The notes under the pieces: model-generated
Told to the model about the DNA's origin: nothing
The model's database searches: none
The model's input: only the letters and a program-made list of their open reading frames with translations
From: Octopus sinensis
Lineage: Eukaryota
Reading direction: 5' to 3'
DNA: 13,541 bases
NCBI RefSeq assembly: GCF_006345805.1
Contig: NW_021826560.1
Span: 1-13,541, forward strand
Made by a program: the position numbers and the translations under genes
Shown: positions 10,123 through 13,541 of the stretch, in pieces
Numbering within the stretch: the stretch's first letter is position 1
Layout: each line of letters begins with the position of its first letter

Positions 10123-10505
10123 GTGTGTGTGTGTATATATGTATGCATGTATTGCATGTATGTATGTATATGTATATGTATATGTCTGACTGAATATATA
10201 TTGTATATACGTACATATATGCATATACGAATATGTGTGTATGTGTGTATGTATACATACATATATAATATACACAAAATATGCACGTCTGAATGTATGC
10301 ATGTGTTTATATATGCGCGAGTGAGCGTGTGTCGTGTTTGTCTTTGCAGAGAGCATATATAGATATTCACGCACGTAATGCATAATACACATACACAAAC
10401 TCAGAGACAGATACAGTCCCTACGCATATAAATGTGTATATGTGCTTATTCGTGAACAATATATATATGTATATATATATATATATAGATATATATATAT
10501 ATATA

Positions 10506-10570
<65 letters not shown>

Positions 10571-10836
10571 ATATATATATATATATAATTATATATATAT
10601 ATATATATATATGTAATATGTATATTATTATATATATAATATATATATATTATATATATATATATGTAGTATGTATATATAAATGTGTGTGTGTGCTTGT
10701 GTGTATGTATATATATATATGGGCATATATTCATATTTGTACATCTTATACATGTATATTTATCGCATGTACATAGAAACAGAGACAGATACAGTTCCCT
10801 ACGCATATAAATGTGTATATGTGCTTATTCGTGAAA

Positions 10837-10873
<37 letters not shown>

Positions 10874-10900
10874 ATACATATATATTACAATATATATATG

Positions 10901-10944
<44 letters not shown>

Positions 10945-11571
10945 CTATAAATATATATATAGTATATCTATGTATGTATGTAATATATAAATGTGTGTGT
11001 GTGCTTGTGTGTATGTATATATATATATGTGCCATATATCATATTTGTACATATATACATGTATATTTATATACGCATGTACATAGAAACATACGTGTAT
11101 ATACATACACATACACATACCCATATATAGGAAGAGACCAAAGGAGGGGCAGGGAGAGAGAAAGAGCGTTAGATAAATTGCCACCAAGTGATATGGCTAT
11201 ATATATATACATACATATATACATCTCTCTCTCCCTGTCTATCTACACACACACACACACGCGCGCGCGCGCACACACACACGTACATACATATATACGT
11301 ATGTCTATATTCATATATGGACAGAGATATACACATAGATATCGCGAAGGTTTGATAGATAGATAAATATTTATACATACCAATAAACTAAAATACCTTT
11401 CCACAATTTTCATTCAATGCATCCATGTTTAATATTTATTTTGATTTTCCGACGTTAAACATTTTATTATTTTTTTCCCTCTACATCTCTGTTTTTTTTC
11501 ACATACATACCCACTTATACACACATAAACACGCATACATACATACATACATACATATATACATACATACA

Positions 11572-11603
<32 letters not shown>

Positions 11604-11967
11604 CATATATGCATTATATATAATACATATATATGTACATTATATATATATGTATATGTATGATATAGTATATATATAATATATATTATATATAATATAT
11701 ATATATTATATATATACACATTATATATATACATACATACATACAATACATGCACACCTGTATAATATATATATATTATTATTCAAATGTACATACCCAC
11801 AATGCATACAAGCATCCACGCACACCAACATACATTCATAATGCATACATGAATACATTTGAACATACATACGCACATACACACATACATACATACATAC
11901 ATACATATATATGTACATTATATATACATATATATATATTATATATATATGTATATATATATATACA

Positions 11968-12007
<40 letters not shown>

Positions 12008-12150
12008 GGTATATGTATAGCATCAGCGTTTCTGTTCTTTCTATGTGTATGTTTACCTGTCATGCAAACACGCTCGCAGATGCATACATATTTCCGCTCA
12101 TGCAGGTATACACACGCGCGTGTGTATATGTGTGTATATATGTATGTTCG
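9914..12150. repeat. Compound (TGTA)n/(TA)n/(CATA)n microsatellite field with local duplications
   Basis: (TGTA)n at 9914-9965, TA runs at 10070-11030, (CATA)n at 11535-11600 and 11885-11910. Unique anchors are duplicated at 10402/10780 and 10682/10990. Confidence 0.9.
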
Positions 12151-12349
12151 TTACAAGAAATAATAAATTCTGTTCAGAGTTTACTTAAAACGGGCCCGTT
12201 AGACATATTTTGGAAATCATCAAAAGTATGTTTTAGTTTTGTAGAAATGTCAAAAGATAAAAAAAAAATATGTAAAATATATAAAAATGAATAAAATAAA
12301 ATGAAATCAATAATGTGCCAGAAGATTTTATCAAAAAACACACTGCCAT

Positions 12350-12790
12350 GACCACCACCACGGCTGCCACCACCACAACCACCACCATCATCCCCGCCAC
12401 CACCACCACCACCACCACCACCACTACCACCAACAAAAACTCTTACGTTCACACCACCACTTCCACTACCACCGCCGCCACCACCACCGCTACCGCCACC
12501 GCCACAACGTCTATCACCACCACCATCACCACCAGCAAAAATTACCACGTTCACCACCACCACCACTAACACCACCACCACTACCACCACCACCATCACC
12601 AACCCGCCACCACCACAACCACCAGCAAAAATTACCACATTCACCACCACCCTTACCACCACCACCACTACCACTACCACCATCACCATCCCCACCACCA
12701 TCTTCACCATCTCTACTGTCACCTTCACAAACTGTCATACCATTGCCGGCGCCGTTACCATCGACGCCAACATCACCACCAAACAGCAAC
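12350..12790. repeat. Degenerate (ACC)n trinucleotide array with three internal anchor repeats
   Basis: ACC/CAC repeats throughout, with ca(a/g)caaaaa...ac(g/a)ttcac at 12431, 12533 and 12623. Confidence 0.9.
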
Positions 12791-13541
12791 ATTAGAATCG
12801 TCGTTATGAGTTCAATACCTAGTACGGTCTACATGGGCGGGCGGACTTAATCCGATCGCCTATTTGACATCGTCACATGCGAACAAGTGTGACTTTGGCG
12901 AAGTCCACTCTGATGCAAGAATTTGTGCCAGGTCTTCCGTTTGAGCATACCCTACTTGTACCCGTCTTAGAGGTCCTGTAAAGGGTCACGGGTACAACGT
13001 TTTCTCCTAAAAAACACGCCTCCAACGCCTCACCCTCCATGCATATGGCTGTGTTCCGAAGTTTCTAAATTCATACGATGTCAACACCATACAATTCTTG
13101 CTGGTATAAATAAAATTTCTAAAATAGAGAAATTCGAATGTTTCTTTGGCTCATTTGTAGAATTCCTGCCAGGTTTATAGGTTATGTAGGTTCGAGTAAC
13201 ACGTGCAACCTTCAACTTGTTTTCTCCAAGTTCTCAATCAATATTTACTGCCATGACCACCACCACGGCTGCTATCAAGATCCATCGTTCCACAAAAAGA
13301 CGCCAACTTTTTCGCGTTCTCTCGGAGTCTATAAATCCTTATGACGTCAACAATATGATTCTAAGATACAATGCGTTCATAGTTACTTGTGTAACATCTT
13401 ATAGCTTCGTTGGAGCTATACAGTGGTAGGCGAGTACTCAGTTATAAGTGCAGTGCATTGTTTAGCGGAAACAACTGTAAGCTAATGTAGTTCAAAGGCG
13501 TGATTCTTTGCTCCTTTGAAATTTATATACTCATTTATTGC

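Noticed and set aside
9841-12294. Tyr/Ile-rich and Met/Cys/Val-rich ORFs
   Set aside because: They are translations of (TA)n and (TGTA)n microsatellites with no domain content.
12174-12792. Gly/Val-rich 184 aa ORF and Thr-rich mucin-like ORF
   Set aside because: They are explained by the (ACC)n array. The frame shifts between anchor units, and there is no signal peptide or convincing splice context.
12342-13272. CRISPR-like repeat-spacer reading of the direct repeats, here or in the satellites
   Set aside because: There are only two or three repeats with irregular, low-complexity spacers, no cas genes, and the context is eukaryotic.
13329-13349. TATAAAT next to a full CRE palindrome TGACGTCA (13342-13349)
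   Set aside because: The CRE lies downstream of the TATA-like sequence where a TSS would be, and there is no other promoter support. Short motifs like these occur by chance.
12790-13541. Possible exons in the unique 3' end of the window
   Set aside because: Six-frame reading of 12781-13020 and the supplied ORFs beyond it give only short frames with no recognisable motifs or consistent acceptor/donor pair.

Overview
Eukaryotic, AT-rich, repeat-dominated DNA. It is most likely from an octopus or related cephalopod; this is inferred from recalled SINE sequences and the extreme microsatellite load, not from a database search. About half the window is simple repeats ((CA)n, (TA)n, (TGTA)n, (ACC)n), and these generate nearly all the ORFs in the supplied track. 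Most of the rest is transposon debris. There are three tRNA-derived SINE families (here called A, B and C; about eight copies or fragments) and a Tc1/mariner-type MITE with a SINE nested inside. There is also a probable Tc2/pogo-like MITE and two related mariner derivatives in which both ends are the element's 5' end (fold-back structure). The larger derivative (8128-8991) retains a frameshifted transposase N-terminus, the only recognisable protein homology in the window. No host gene can be named. There is a credible + strand gene start at about 6640-6680 (Inr plus exact TISU/YY1 motif CAAGATGGCGGC) followed by candidate micro-exons, and an unassigned open frame on the - strand at 2534-2872. 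A 1.16 kb tandem duplication at 4.2-6.3 kb looks at least partly like a long-read assembly artefact. I see no CRISPR, rRNA or prokaryote-type system, and I cannot claim a proven new system. The best leads are the fold-back mariner family carrying RFX/NRF1/ETS-like motifs next to a candidate promoter, and a SINE that seeds microsatellites.
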